Assembly: GCA_965248265.1 (NCBI GenBank)
Contig: CBDFJF010000002.1
Location: 3,616,001-3,680,000, forward strand
Length of the DNA: 64,000 nucleotides
Origin: Candidatus Latescibacterota bacterium
GTDB lineage: Bacteria > Latescibacterota > UBA2968 > UBA8231
Reading direction: 5' to 3'
Shown here: piece by piece, positions 1 to 9,716 of the stretch
Position numbering within the stretch: position 1 is the first letter of the stretch
Layout of the letters: the number at the start of each line of letters is the position of its first letter
Notes under the pieces: generated by a model
The model's database searches: none
What the model was told of the DNA's origin: nothing
What the model saw: only the letters and a program-made list of their open reading frames with translations
Translations under genes and position numbers: made by a program

Positions 1-33
1 ACGTATTTTATGCCGCTTCGTTGGCTCTATGAC

Positions 34-118
34 GGGGGGATACCGAAGCGGTCAAACGGGGCAGACTGTAAATCTGCTGGCTCAGCCTTCGTAGGTTCGA
101 ATCCTGCTCCCCCCACCA
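34..118 (+). tRNA. tRNA-Tyr (GTA)
   Basis: Acceptor stem GGGGGGA/TCCCCCC, anticodon arm GCAGA-CTGTAAA-TCTGC (GTA at 68-70), long variable arm, GTTCGAATC T-loop, encoded CCA end. Confidence 0.97.
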
Positions 119-151
119 CTTTATTTACTTCTTACTACTCCCTACAAACTG

Positions 152-367
152 CTATTCGAGACCGCGAGTACCGGTCTTGTCTCCCGCACGTCTCGCCTCG
201 TTCGGTTCGATGAAGGCGTCAGCAACGGCTTTCATGATCTGAACGGAATCGTAGTACCCGTCCTCGACCTTGCGTTTTATCCAGAGCAACCGCTCCTCGC
301 GGCTGCGCGGCAGGCCACGGTCGTTCTCCATGTGCTCTGGAAGAGTGTATTCGGCTTTGAAGTTCAT
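152..367 (-). CDS. Small protein resembling the C-terminal sigma-binding segment of FlgM anti-sigma-28 factors
   Basis: 71 aa; REERLLWIKRKVEDGYYDSVQIMKAVADAF fits the FlgM pattern R-x-[ED]-[RK]-h-x-x-I-[KR]-x-x-h-x-x-G-x-Y...h-A-x-x-h. Confidence 0.5.
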   Translation of the reverse strand: MNFKAEYTLPEHMENDRGLPRSREERLLWIKRKVEDGYYDSVQIMKAVADAFIEPNEARRAGDKTGTRGLE

Positions 368-558
368 CAGAATAGCTACTGCCCGCCTTAGTCGACCAGC
401 TCTGCTGTAAATGATACCCGCTCAATGATATCCGCCCAGGCGGCCCAGCTCGCTCTGAGGAGTTGGAGAACCCATCCGAGGCGTGCCCTCTACTGCTATT
501 AGATGATATCGGCAGGTTGGAGCTACCGGCCAGTCCAAATTCGACATTGTAGCGCTCA

Positions 559-1728
559 TCACCTCAGCAGCTCTCGTATCGATTCGACTCGGGCCCGGTC
601 CGTGCCCTCCAGCCGAGTCCAGGAGTCGAAAACGAAGGCGAGCACAGTGGTGATGATGAGGGTCACAGCGAAGGAGGCCACGACGATGAGTGTTCGCCTG
701 GGGGCGCTGCGCAAGGTCGGGACGACCGCGTGGTCGAGAATCTGAATGGTGGGCGTATTGAGGGCTTCACGGTATTCGGCTTCCTCAAGTTTGGTGCCCA
801 GGAAGCCCAGTATCTCCTCTCGGATTTTGACCTCCAGCGCCAATTCGGTGTAACGCTGCATTACGGTTGGCAATTCCCTCAGGGTCGGTCCAAGACTCTG
901 GAATGAGGAGGCCTGTTCGATGTTTCCAAAAAGGCTTTCCAGCTGGTTTCGCAGCGCCACCACCTCCAGTTCCAGTAACTGCCGTTCCTCGTGGCTGGCG
1001 TTCAGCTGCCCCCTGGCGACGCCGAGCTTGACCTCCAACTCGGCCAGCTGCTGCACGATACTCTTCATCACCTCAACGGAGGCGATCGTCTGCGTCTCCG
1101 GGTCCACCAGTCCGTGCTGGTCCTGAAATCTCTGCAACGCCTGACCGGTTTCCCTCAACTCCCCTAACATCAGGCTCACCCTACCCTGGAGAAACTCCCT
1201 CATCGCAGCGGCGGCCTGTCGTTTGTAGCCGCGATTTACCGTATCCAACCGCGCCGCCAGGGAGTTGGCCAATTGAGCCGAAAAGTCCGGCGTCCCCGCC
1301 GTCGCAAATACGACCAGCGTTCCATCCCGCTCAACGTCAGTCTCGATGTGGTCGCTGAGCATGCTGATGGCTTCGGCCTTGTCACGAGCCTTGTAGGTAT
1401 CTACGAGGTTGAAGCGCTCGACGATCGGTCCCAGCACCTGCCGGCTCGCCAGCATCGTGACCAGTCTATCAGACGGTGTCGTGTTGCCGACGAGTCCCAT
1501 CAGACCCGATGGCACGTTGGCACCAGCCATTGCCGACAAACTGAGTGAGTCGAAGGTGTCCTCCTCAGGCGGCAACAGCTTTACATCTGCCGTCCAGGCC
1601 TTGGGCAATACCAGACTGATTGCGGCCGATGCGACACCAACGACGAGGGCGGAAACAAGGATCAGACGCCGCCACTTGATGACGACGTAGAGATAGTCAA
1701 AAAAACTGCGTTCGTATTCGGCGTTCAC
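559..1728 (-). CDS. Wzz/GumC-like polysaccharide co-polymerase (chain-length determinant), no tyrosine-kinase domain
   Basis: N-terminal TM after DYLYVVIKWRRLIL, LP-x-x-W-T-A..LLPP motif, coiled-coil middle, C-terminal IQILDHAVVP..RSAPRR + TM (GNVR-type). Confidence 0.85.
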   Translation of the reverse strand: MNAEYERSFFDYLYVVIKWRRLILVSALVVGVASAAISLVLPKAWTADVKLLPPEEDTFDSLSLSAMAGANVPSGLMGLVGNTTPSDRLVTMLASRQVLGPIVERFNLVDTYKARDKAEAISMLSDHIETDVERDGTLVVFATAGTPDFSAQLANSLAARLDTVNRGYKRQAAAAMREFLQGRVSLMLGELRETGQALQRFQDQHGLVDPETQTIASVEVMKSIVQQLAELEVKLGVARGQLNASHEERQLLELEVVALRNQLESLFGNIEQASSFQSLGPTLRELPTVMQRYTELALEVKIREEILGFLGTKLEEAEYREALNTPTIQILDHAVVPTLRSAPRRTLIVVASFAVTLIITTVLAFVFDSWTRLEGTDRARVESIRELLR

Positions 1729-1738
1729 GGCCCCGCCC

Positions 1739-3397
1739 TCACTTGGTTATGGTCACATACAGCAGTACGACCGTTGTGACCTGACCGATCACAGCCATCG
1801 ATTGAGCGAAAACCGTCCAGTAATTCCTCTCGGGCTTTTCCTTTATCCAGATGCGGTCACCGGGATCGACGCGATCCACGTCCTCAGCACGTTTGATCTC
1901 CCCCGTGCTCGCCTTGATGACGCGGACTTCCTTCGTCGACCGCCAACCGAAACCACCCGCCTGCTCTATGTAGTCATACACGCCGAACTGCGGGTTGTAG
2001 ATGACGGCCCCAGGCGAGGCGGCCCGGCCACTGACCATGACCGTCTGCTGCTTTCGAGGGATGGTGATGAAGTCGCCGGGTAGAAGACGTACGTTCTGCG
2101 TTTCATCCCCATGCTTGAACAAGGCCTCGAAATCGACGACCAGTTGCCCCGGCTTTTCCCGTACCCTCATTTTGAAGTACTGATTGTCCTCCTCGGTGCG
2201 GTCACCGGCCGGCGTCGTCAGGATGCGCTCGAACTCCGGATCCTCAATCTGCTGTTTTTCCTTCTCGATGCTCAGCCGCGTAATCCGTGCTTGCTGCAAC
2301 GTCGCATACGTGGTAAATCCCCCCGCCCTATTGATCATCTCCTTGAGCGGCGTCCCCGACTTTTCAACAGCGTAGATCCCCGGGACCTTCACCTCGCCGG
2401 TAATTCCGATCGTTCGTGACTCGAGGTAATTCGGATCTCCCCGCAAGACCAGCTGGTCTCCGAGCCTTAGCGTCAGATCGGACGCCTCGTCACCGCGCTG
2501 CACACCCGCGAGATCTATCTGGACCTCGTACATCGTCGTGTTGTCGTCCTTGTAACGCAGTAGAAGAGTGTTTTCTGGGTCGTGCTTCGGGTGTGGCCCC
2601 AGAGCCATGGTCAGCAGGTCGCTGATGCGATCTCCTTCCACGAATTCGTAGAAATTCGCTCGATTCACGGCCTCGAATGCCCCTACATCTCCCAATTTTG
2701 GCGGGATGACGATGACGTCACCGTCCTCCAGGAAGGGGTTATATCTAGGGTCAGCCGTGGCCTCGAACAAGACCAGATCGATACGTTCTGACGGCAGATC
2801 CCGCAACACGGTCCAATCCCCCCTCCGCACTCTGGATTGCAAGGTCGTGAGATCCCTCCGATGCAACCGAGTGTTGAATACCCTGATGTTTCGCCTCGAT
2901 GCCTTATTCGACAACTCTTCGGCCACCGGGATCATCTGGCTCACCCTCTGTACTGCGCTACCCTGGCGGGTACGGGGGATTCGAATCATGCCGAGAACGG
3001 GGACGGGAAAAGCTCTGGGTTTGCTGAGCTCGATATCGATGCGTCCGACCTTGACGGTTTTGCTGAACTCCGCCCTAATCTTGTCGTGCGCTTCACTCAA
3101 GCGCAGGCCGCCGATCCTGACCATGCCAACCATCGGAATGAACAGACTTCCCTCGGCCAGTACCTGGTAGACGACGGGCTCCTCCATTCCCGGCACGTAA
3201 ATGAGGAATTCATCCTGCGGGCCGACGACGTACCTGCCGTTGGCAAGCACTTCCTCGTAGGCCGCCATACCGATCAACACTTCAGTAGCCTTCACCTCCT
3301 CCTTCTCGATCTCCTTCTCTTCATCCTCCTTGGCCACCGCGTCCACCACCGCAAGCATACAGAGGCCGACGACTAGCACTGTGCGAATCCTCATCAT
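1739..3397 (-). CDS. Polysaccharide export protein (Wza/KpsD-like, Poly_export + SLBB repeats)
   Basis: Signal peptide, YVVGPQD..EGSLFIPMVG export motif, SLBB repeats (ITGEVKVPGIY..RAGGF; VSGRAASPG..QAGGF), C-terminal helix. Confidence 0.88.
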   Translation of the reverse strand: MMRIRTVLVVGLCMLAVVDAVAKEDEEKEIEKEEVKATEVLIGMAAYEEVLANGRYVVGPQDEFLIYVPGMEEPVVYQVLAEGSLFIPMVGMVRIGGLRLSEAHDKIRAEFSKTVKVGRIDIELSKPRAFPVPVLGMIRIPRTRQGSAVQRVSQMIPVAEELSNKASRRNIRVFNTRLHRRDLTTLQSRVRRGDWTVLRDLPSERIDLVLFEATADPRYNPFLEDGDVIVIPPKLGDVGAFEAVNRANFYEFVEGDRISDLLTMALGPHPKHDPENTLLLRYKDDNTTMYEVQIDLAGVQRGDEASDLTLRLGDQLVLRGDPNYLESRTIGITGEVKVPGIYAVEKSGTPLKEMINRAGGFTTYATLQQARITRLSIEKEKQQIEDPEFERILTTPAGDRTEEDNQYFKMRVREKPGQLVVDFEALFKHGDETQNVRLLPGDFITIPRKQQTVMVSGRAASPGAVIYNPQFGVYDYIEQAGGFGWRSTKEVRVIKASTGEIKRAEDVDRVDPGDRIWIKEKPERNYWTVFAQSMAVIGQVTTVVLLYVTITK

Positions 3398-3438
3398 TTC
3401 CTATTCCTGTGACAGACACTCCGATTCAATTTTCGGTC

Positions 3439-4356
3439 CTATGACACATCTATTTGAAACTGCAGACCTGCACGATCGATCGGCAGGTCGAACACCCTCG
3501 CCGAAATTCCCTGGCGCGCCCATGCCGCCTGCATCGCAGCACCAGGGGCATGATCTCCCTGACGCACCAAGGCCATCACCGACGGCCCTGAACCGCTGAG
3601 CGCAGCGCCGTGGGCTCCAACGTCGACGGCTGCACGGCATACACCCTCCAATCCGGGCACGAGTCGAGCCCGGTGAGGTTGATGCAACCTGTCCTGCATC
3701 GCCGATTGTATCAACTCTGGACGGGCGTTGGCAAGCGCGGCAACGAGCAGAGCAACCCGAGACACGTTGTAGACGGCATCCGTGAATGGGACAACATTCG
3801 GAAGCGCGTCGCGACTCTCATCCGTGGACACGGTGAAATCCGGGTGTACGACCGTTGCTGCGAGAGACGCCGGAATCGGCAGGTCGATGTGCTCGATCGA
3901 CTCAGAGCCGGTTTGACAAACGACGGCGAAGCCACCGAAAAGCGCCGCGGCCACATTGTCAGGGTGCCCTTCAACGCCGACTGCCAGTCGCATCAACTGG
4001 TTCCGATCCAATTCCTGGTGCGAGAGCAGGAGAGCCGCAGCCATACCGGCGAGTACGGAAGCGGCGCTGCTGCCAAGGCCGGCTGACACAGGAATCTCGT
4101 TCATGGACTCGATGACGAGTCGGCCCGGAGAATAACCGACGCGACCGAACACCTCGGCCATCGCCCTGTAGGTTGCATTGGATTCGTCCACCGGAATGGA
4201 GCCTTCTCCTTCACCGGAGACTCGGATTTCGAAACCATTACCGCTCTGCTCCTCGACGGTCAGCGTGTGATAGAGGCCCAATGCCAGACCCAGACAGTCG
4301 AACCCCGAGCCTAGATTGGCTGACGATGCGGGTACCTTGACCCTGACGCGCGTCAC
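3439..4356 (-). CDS. thrB: Homoserine kinase
   Basis: VPASSANLGSGFDCLGLAL, GHMP motif IPVSAGLGSSAA, EGHPDN, DRLHQP, LSGSGPS; GTG start at 4356 chosen just after the hemW stop. Confidence 0.95.
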   Translation of the reverse strand: MTRVRVKVPASSANLGSGFDCLGLALGLYHTLTVEEQSGNGFEIRVSGEGEGSIPVDESNATYRAMAEVFGRVGYSPGRLVIESMNEIPVSAGLGSSAASVLAGMAAALLLSHQELDRNQLMRLAVGVEGHPDNVAAALFGGFAVVCQTGSESIEHIDLPIPASLAATVVHPDFTVSTDESRDALPNVVPFTDAVYNVSRVALLVAALANARPELIQSAMQDRLHQPHRARLVPGLEGVCRAAVDVGAHGAALSGSGPSVMALVRQGDHAPGAAMQAAWARQGISARVFDLPIDRAGLQFQIDVS

Positions 4357-4363
4357 TTCGCTC

Positions 4364-5500
4364 TCAAGCCCGCTCGAGAATCCGAGCGAGATCGACACTC
4401 ACTGCATCGGCTACTGAAAATCCGGCCGAGGTAAGACGCAGTTGGCTGTGCTCGAATTCCAAGTAGCCGGCCCCCAGCATGTCCTGAGTACGCGAATCCG
4501 AGGCGAGCGCGGTCAGTTCATGAGGTGACAACTCTACGCCCTCTGATGTTCGCAGCGACAACCATAAAGTCTCCTGCCTCGCCTCGGACTTCGTGATGTG
4601 TTCCTCGCCAGCTCGCGGCAGGCGCCCCGCTTCGACCGACTCCATGTAGGCGGTGAGGTCGCGTTCATTCCAGCTGCGGCATCCATTCCTGAAACTGTGG
4701 GCGGAAACACCTGCGCCAAGGTACTCGCCGCCACTCCAGCAGGCCCAGTTGTGGTGGCACCGATGACCTGGCAGACAGAAGTTCGAGACTTCGTAATGCT
4801 CGTAACCTGCGGCACTCAGCAACTGTATGGCCAGTTCGAACTCGTCAGCTGATTCGTCCTCCGGGCGCAGGCTTAATTGGCCCGCACTGACTCTGCTCGC
4901 GAAGGGGGTCTCCGGCTCGATTGTCAACGAATACGTCGATACGTGCTCCGGCCGCAGAGCGATGACGGCCTCGAGGCTACGACACCAGGAGTCGTCATCG
5001 ACGCCCGGGACGCTGAACATCAAATCGAGGTTGATGTTGTCGAAGCCAGCATCACGGGCACTGCCAAAGGCATGTCTCACATCGTCGGCCGTGTGGACTC
5101 GGCCCAATCGCTTGAGGCTGTCATCGACGAATGACTGCGCTCCGATGCTGATGCGGTTGAAACCAAGCGAGCAAAGTGCATCGTACGCGGCTGCGTCCGT
5201 GGAGCCCGGGTTAGCCTCCACCGTGATCTCGGCGTCGGGGGTGAAGCCGAAGATGCGGCGGGCAGTTGCTAAAACGGACCCCAGAAGAGCCGTCTGCACT
5301 CGACTCGGAGTCCCGCCGCCGAAGAAGACCGAGTCGAATGCAGTCAGTGACTCGCTGCTGCCGACCATTTCGAGTTCCGCGCACACAGCCTCGATGTAAC
5401 GCTCCTGAAGGTGGTCGCGCCCGGTAACGACGGCAAAGCCACAGTACGGGCATCGCTGCGGGCAAAACGGGCTATGAACGTAGAGGCCGAAGAATGCCAT
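4364..5500 (-). CDS. hemW: Radical SAM heme chaperone HemW (HemN-like)
   Basis: YVHSPFCPQRCPYCGF (HxPFCxxxCxYC), FFGGGTPS, EANP, HYEVSNF; canonical position downstream of lepA. Confidence 0.9.
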   Translation of the reverse strand: MAFFGLYVHSPFCPQRCPYCGFAVVTGRDHLQERYIEAVCAELEMVGSSESLTAFDSVFFGGGTPSRVQTALLGSVLATARRIFGFTPDAEITVEANPGSTDAAAYDALCSLGFNRISIGAQSFVDDSLKRLGRVHTADDVRHAFGSARDAGFDNINLDLMFSVPGVDDDSWCRSLEAVIALRPEHVSTYSLTIEPETPFASRVSAGQLSLRPEDESADEFELAIQLLSAAGYEHYEVSNFCLPGHRCHHNWACWSGGEYLGAGVSAHSFRNGCRSWNERDLTAYMESVEAGRLPRAGEEHITKSEARQETLWLSLRTSEGVELSPHELTALASDSRTQDMLGAGYLEFEHSQLRLTSAGFSVADAVSVDLARILERA

Positions 5501-5521
5501 CGAAATCTGGAGTCGTTCTCC

Positions 5522-7324
5522 CTACTCTTCAATCTTGAGTGCGGCCAGGAAGGCTTCTTGCGGAATCTCTACGTTGGCAAACTGTTTCATTCGCTTCTTG
5601 CCCTCTTTCTGGCGCTCGAGCAGCTTGCGTTTGCGTGTGACGTCGCCGCCGTAACACTTGGCAATAACGTTCTTTCGGAAGGGTCTGACCGTCTCGCGGG
5701 CGATGATCTTGCTGCCGATGGCGGCCTGGATGATGACCTCGAACATCTGCCGGGGGATGAGCTCCTTCAATTTCGAACACAAGCGCTTCCCCCACTCATA
5801 GGCTCGGTCACGGTGAATGATGGCGGCCAGTGCGTCGAGGCCCTCGCCGTTGATGAGAATGTCCAGACGTACCAGCGGGGCGGCCATCATGCCCTTATGA
5901 TCGTAATCGAACGAAGCGTAGCCACGTGAGACCGATTTCAGCTTGTCGTAGAAATCGATGACGACTTCGGCCAGTGGCAGTTCGTAATGCAGAATGGCGC
6001 GCGTACCCGGAGCCAGGTATTCGGTGTTGATGTAGGTCCCTCTGCGTTCGTTGCATACCTGCATGACGCTGCCGATGTACTCGCTCGGCACCAAAATCTG
6101 CGTATCCAGGATGGGTTCGCGAACCTCTTCAATCTCGACAACAGTCGGCAGGTGCGACGGGTTCTCAACTTCGATGATCTCGCCGCTTTTCTTGACCACT
6201 TCATATCGCACATTCGGTAACGTCGTGATGATGTCGACATGATGCTCGCGGTCGAGTCGCTCCTGGACGATCTCCATGTGCAGGAGTCCCAGGAAGCCGC
6301 ATCGAAAACCGAAGCCGAGAGCCGGTGAGCTTTCCGGCTCGTAGTTGAATGCCGCGTCGTTCAATCGCAGTCGATCGAGTGCCTCCCGCACCGAATCGTG
6401 TTCGTCGGCGATTACGGGGTATAGTCCACTGAACACCATCGGCTTGAGGGGCTGATAGCCGGGTAACGCCTCCACGGGGGCGTTGCCCGATTCCACCACG
6501 GTGTCGCCGACGCCGGCCTCGGAGAGATCCTTGATACCGGCAATCAGGTAGCCGACTTCGCCAGCGGTGAGCGATTCGCAGGGGACTCGCTCAAGGCGCA
6601 GAACGCCAATCTCCTCTACCTCGTACTCCAATCCAGTGGAGTGAAAGCGGATCTTCTGGCCCTTGGTGATACGGCCGTCGACGACGCGAATGAAGCAGAT
6701 AACACCACGGTACTGGTCGTACAGCGAGTCGAATATCAGTGCACGCAAGGGGCTTGCCGCGACTCCCCGGGGTGCCGGAATATGATCGACGATGGCTTCG
6801 AGCACTGCCTCGACGCCGATCCCGGTCTTGGCGCTGATGTCGAGGATTTGCTCATCCTCCTCCCCGACCAGATCGATAATCTGTTCGTGCACACCAGGCA
6901 CGTCGGCGCCGGGTACATCAATCTTGTTAACGCAGGAAATGATCGATAGATCGCCGTTGAGGGCGAGGAGGAGATTACTGACCGTCTGCGCTTCCACACC
7001 TTGTGTGGCATCAACCACGAGTACGGCCCCTTCGCACGCCGCCAGACTCCGAGAAACTTCGTAGGTGAAGTCGACGTGTCCGGGGGTGTCGATGAGGTTG
7101 AAGATGAACTCCGTTCCGTCTTCGGCCGTGTAGGCCATGCGCACGGCGTGCGCCTTGATGGTGATGCCGCGCTCACGTTCGAGATCCATGTTGTCGAGGA
7201 CCTGCTCCTGCATCTGCATGGCGCCAAGGGTACTCGTCGTTTCGAGCATGCGGTCGGCAAGAGTCGACTTACCATGATCGATGTGAGCGATAATGCAGAA
7301 GTTGCGTATCCGGCTCTGGTCCAT
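5522..7324 (-). CDS. lepA: Elongation factor 4 (LepA)
   Basis: IRNFCIIAHIDHGKSTLADR, ERERGITIK, DTPGHVDF, GFRCGFLGLLH, KCYGGDVTRKRKLLERQKEGKKRMK; start set at MDQSR. Confidence 0.98.
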   Translation of the reverse strand: MDQSRIRNFCIIAHIDHGKSTLADRMLETTSTLGAMQMQEQVLDNMDLERERGITIKAHAVRMAYTAEDGTEFIFNLIDTPGHVDFTYEVSRSLAACEGAVLVVDATQGVEAQTVSNLLLALNGDLSIISCVNKIDVPGADVPGVHEQIIDLVGEEDEQILDISAKTGIGVEAVLEAIVDHIPAPRGVAASPLRALIFDSLYDQYRGVICFIRVVDGRITKGQKIRFHSTGLEYEVEEIGVLRLERVPCESLTAGEVGYLIAGIKDLSEAGVGDTVVESGNAPVEALPGYQPLKPMVFSGLYPVIADEHDSVREALDRLRLNDAAFNYEPESSPALGFGFRCGFLGLLHMEIVQERLDREHHVDIITTLPNVRYEVVKKSGEIIEVENPSHLPTVVEIEEVREPILDTQILVPSEYIGSVMQVCNERRGTYINTEYLAPGTRAILHYELPLAEVVIDFYDKLKSVSRGYASFDYDHKGMMAAPLVRLDILINGEGLDALAAIIHRDRAYEWGKRLCSKLKELIPRQMFEVIIQAAIGSKIIARETVRPFRKNVIAKCYGGDVTRKRKLLERQKEGKKRMKQFANVEIPQEAFLAALKIEE

Positions 7325-7431
7325 TGAAGCTGGGTCTTTTCTGTTTTGTTGAATGGATCGGGCGTCAGGTGTGCCGTATGGCTGTGGCTGACGCAATGAG
7401 GAAGCTGGTTCTGTTCGGCGGGAATAGGAGA

Positions 7432-7460
7432 AAATTAAATGTGCTGCATGTTGTTGTCAA
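7432..7460 (-). promoter_or_regulatory. sigma70-type promoter for lepA-hemW-thrB-wza-wzz
   Basis: Minus strand reads TTGACA-N17-TAATTT, about 110 nt upstream of the lepA start. Confidence 0.7.
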
Positions 7461-7469
7461 ACCGGGCAC

Positions 7470-9703
7470 TTAGGGCGATTCTCCAGGGCGCTCTGGAGGG
7501 TTGTCGGCCGATGGCGTTACACGCATCAACTTGGCCAGATTCGCTTGGGCCCTGTCGTCAGCGGGATCCAGCCGCAGAGCCTGCCGGGTCACGCGCAGAG
7601 CCGATTCGAAGTCTCCTTTGGCGGCGAAGGCCGACGCGAGATTGTTGTAAATCCGGATGCTTCCCGCTTCAAGCAAGAGGGCTTTTTCGTATGAAGTGAT
7701 TGCCTTCACGATGCGTCCGGCATTTCGGTATGCCGTTGCCAGGTTTTCATGCGCGTCCGCGTCGGTCGAATCACGCTGCACCACCTCCTCATATGCCACT
7801 GCAGCCTCGCTCCAGTTAAGAGACCTTAACTCACTCTCTGCCAATGCTTTCCATATAGTAACCTGCTGCGGAAAATCGCTCAAAACCCGGCGATAAGCAG
7901 CGGTTGTTCCCACACCTTCATCGACCAACTCGTGAAGTTTGAGATTGACCGCCGCTTCGGTGTAGGTTGGATCGATCTCGACGGCTCTCTGCAGAGCCAG
8001 GCGAGCTTCCTCTCGTCGACCGAGTTCGCCCAATAGCAGTCCCAGATTGTTGAATGACGGAGCGTAGCCGGAATCCAAGCTGGCGGCTAGCCGATAAGAC
8101 TTCTCGGCTGCCGACAGACGCTCCTGTTGTTGATAGGCCCTGCCAAGATTGACCCATGCCTCAAGGTTGTGGGAATCCAGTCGTACAGCGCTCTCCAATA
8201 GTGCTACCGCTTGACTATTGCGTCCCAGCCGTGAGTAGAGTCTTCCCAGGTTGTTGTAGCTGCCGGACAACCCCGGGCTCAACCGACGCGCCTGCTCAAA
8301 GGCCTGTTCCGCCCGCTGCAGCAGGCCAAGATCCTCGTAAACCAATCCCACATTGCTCCATGACTTGCCGTAGCGAGGATTGATCTCGATAGATCGCTCG
8401 AAGGCCTCACGCGCGGCGGTCGACTCACCGCGCTCATACAGAGCGAGGCCGAGATTGCTCTGTACACGGAACATCCCCGGGGCTTTGGTGACAGCATCCG
8501 TCCACAAGGCGTGCTCGTCTACCCAGACCGCATTCCGTGCATGGGTATGCGCTGCACAAGTCAACAGCAGCACCACAGCAAGCGCGGCCGAGACGGGACT
8601 CGGGATCCTTGCAGATGAGCGGACCGCTGTACTCCTCCTCTTCCCTATCACTGCGCCGACGAGGATGAGCACACCCACGAAAGGCAGGTACAAGCGGTGC
8701 TCGTTGACGAGCACATTCAAGGGGAAGATGAAGGTCAGCAGCAGGCCGGCGAAGAACCAGAGTGTACCTATGGTCACCCATGGCAACGAGCCCGAGGACC
8801 TGGGCAACGAACCCGAGGACCTGATCGTCAGACCAAGCACGGTCACCACCAGCAAGGCGCTGGCCAGCACGGTCCCATCGGTGAGACTGGTGGCCTCCGT
8901 GAAGGCATGCTCGACGCTGAGACCGACTGGAACGGCAATCAGCTTCAAGTAAAAGACGATCGCTTTTGTCTGAGTAAACAGCTGTACGTCGAGTGGACGT
9001 ACATCCTGTCCAAGAGATCGCGGCAGGAAACCGTCGATCGTGATGACGACCAAGTAGACTACCGTCATCACGGCATATGGCAACACCACAAGCATCACCC
9101 GTTTCAGGTCCCTACCCCGGACAAGCTCAATCACAAAAACCAGGGGCAGGAGAACGACGGCCGCTGATTTGCACAGCAGTGCGAGTGTGTACAGGATACA
9201 GGCGGTTCCCCGCGCGCTCTTGAATCGATGGAAGTAGAGGGCACCCAACACTCCCAGTACGTACAAGAGCTCCGAACGGCTGCTGATATAGTTGACCAGC
9301 TGGGAATTAATAGGGTGAAGGGCAAACGTGGCCCCGACAACCAAGGCTTGAAAGCTGGACAAACCCAGCTCCGGGCAAAGGCAAACACGATGACGGCACA
9401 CATCGCATGGACGAGCAGATTGACCAGACGATAGCCGATGACCTCGTAACCGCCCAGGGCATGATTGACCGCGTAGGTGGCTTGAAGCAGCGGACGGTAC
9501 ATGGCCATGGAGGCTTCGTTTGAAAAAGTGCTGGAATCGAGGAAGAACGAGGGAACTGTAGCCAGCTCTCGGATGTGGTGGTTATCGACGATGGAATGTG
9601 AATCGTCGTAGTGGAACGAATTGGAGAGAGAGCCAGCGTAGCAGATGAAGGTGACGACTACCAGAGCGGCTGCTCCCGTCCAGAACGAGTCGAATCTCCT
9701 CAT
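7470..9703 (-). CDS. TMTC-like GT-C/TPR protein, copy 9 (frameshift near 9371, probably a sequencing error)
   Basis: ORF 9131-9727 carries FHYDDSHSIVDN..MYRPLL; ORF 7470-9401 carries HPINSQLVNYISSRSE, SVEH, PLNVLVNEHRLY and many TPRs; adding one G (CGGAG to CGGGAG) fuses them into ~744 aa. Confidence 0.82.
8782..8823. repeat. 21-nt tandem duplication (2 copies, 1 mismatch)
   Basis: GGCAACGAGCCCGAGGACCTG / GGCAACGAACCCGAGGACCTG encodes RSSGSLP twice. Confidence 0.85.
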
Positions 9704-9716
9704 CGATCGGACCCTG

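Noticed and set aside
34-200. tRNA-Tyr as an integration site for an island
   Set aside because: No integrase and no duplicated tRNA 3' end seen; housekeeping genes follow nearby.
368-475. Upstream ATG at 475 in frame with the FlgM-like ORF across a single TGA (possible readthrough or selenocysteine)
   Set aside because: No recognisable SECIS-like hairpin or redox motif; the extension does not look protein-like and is probably chance.
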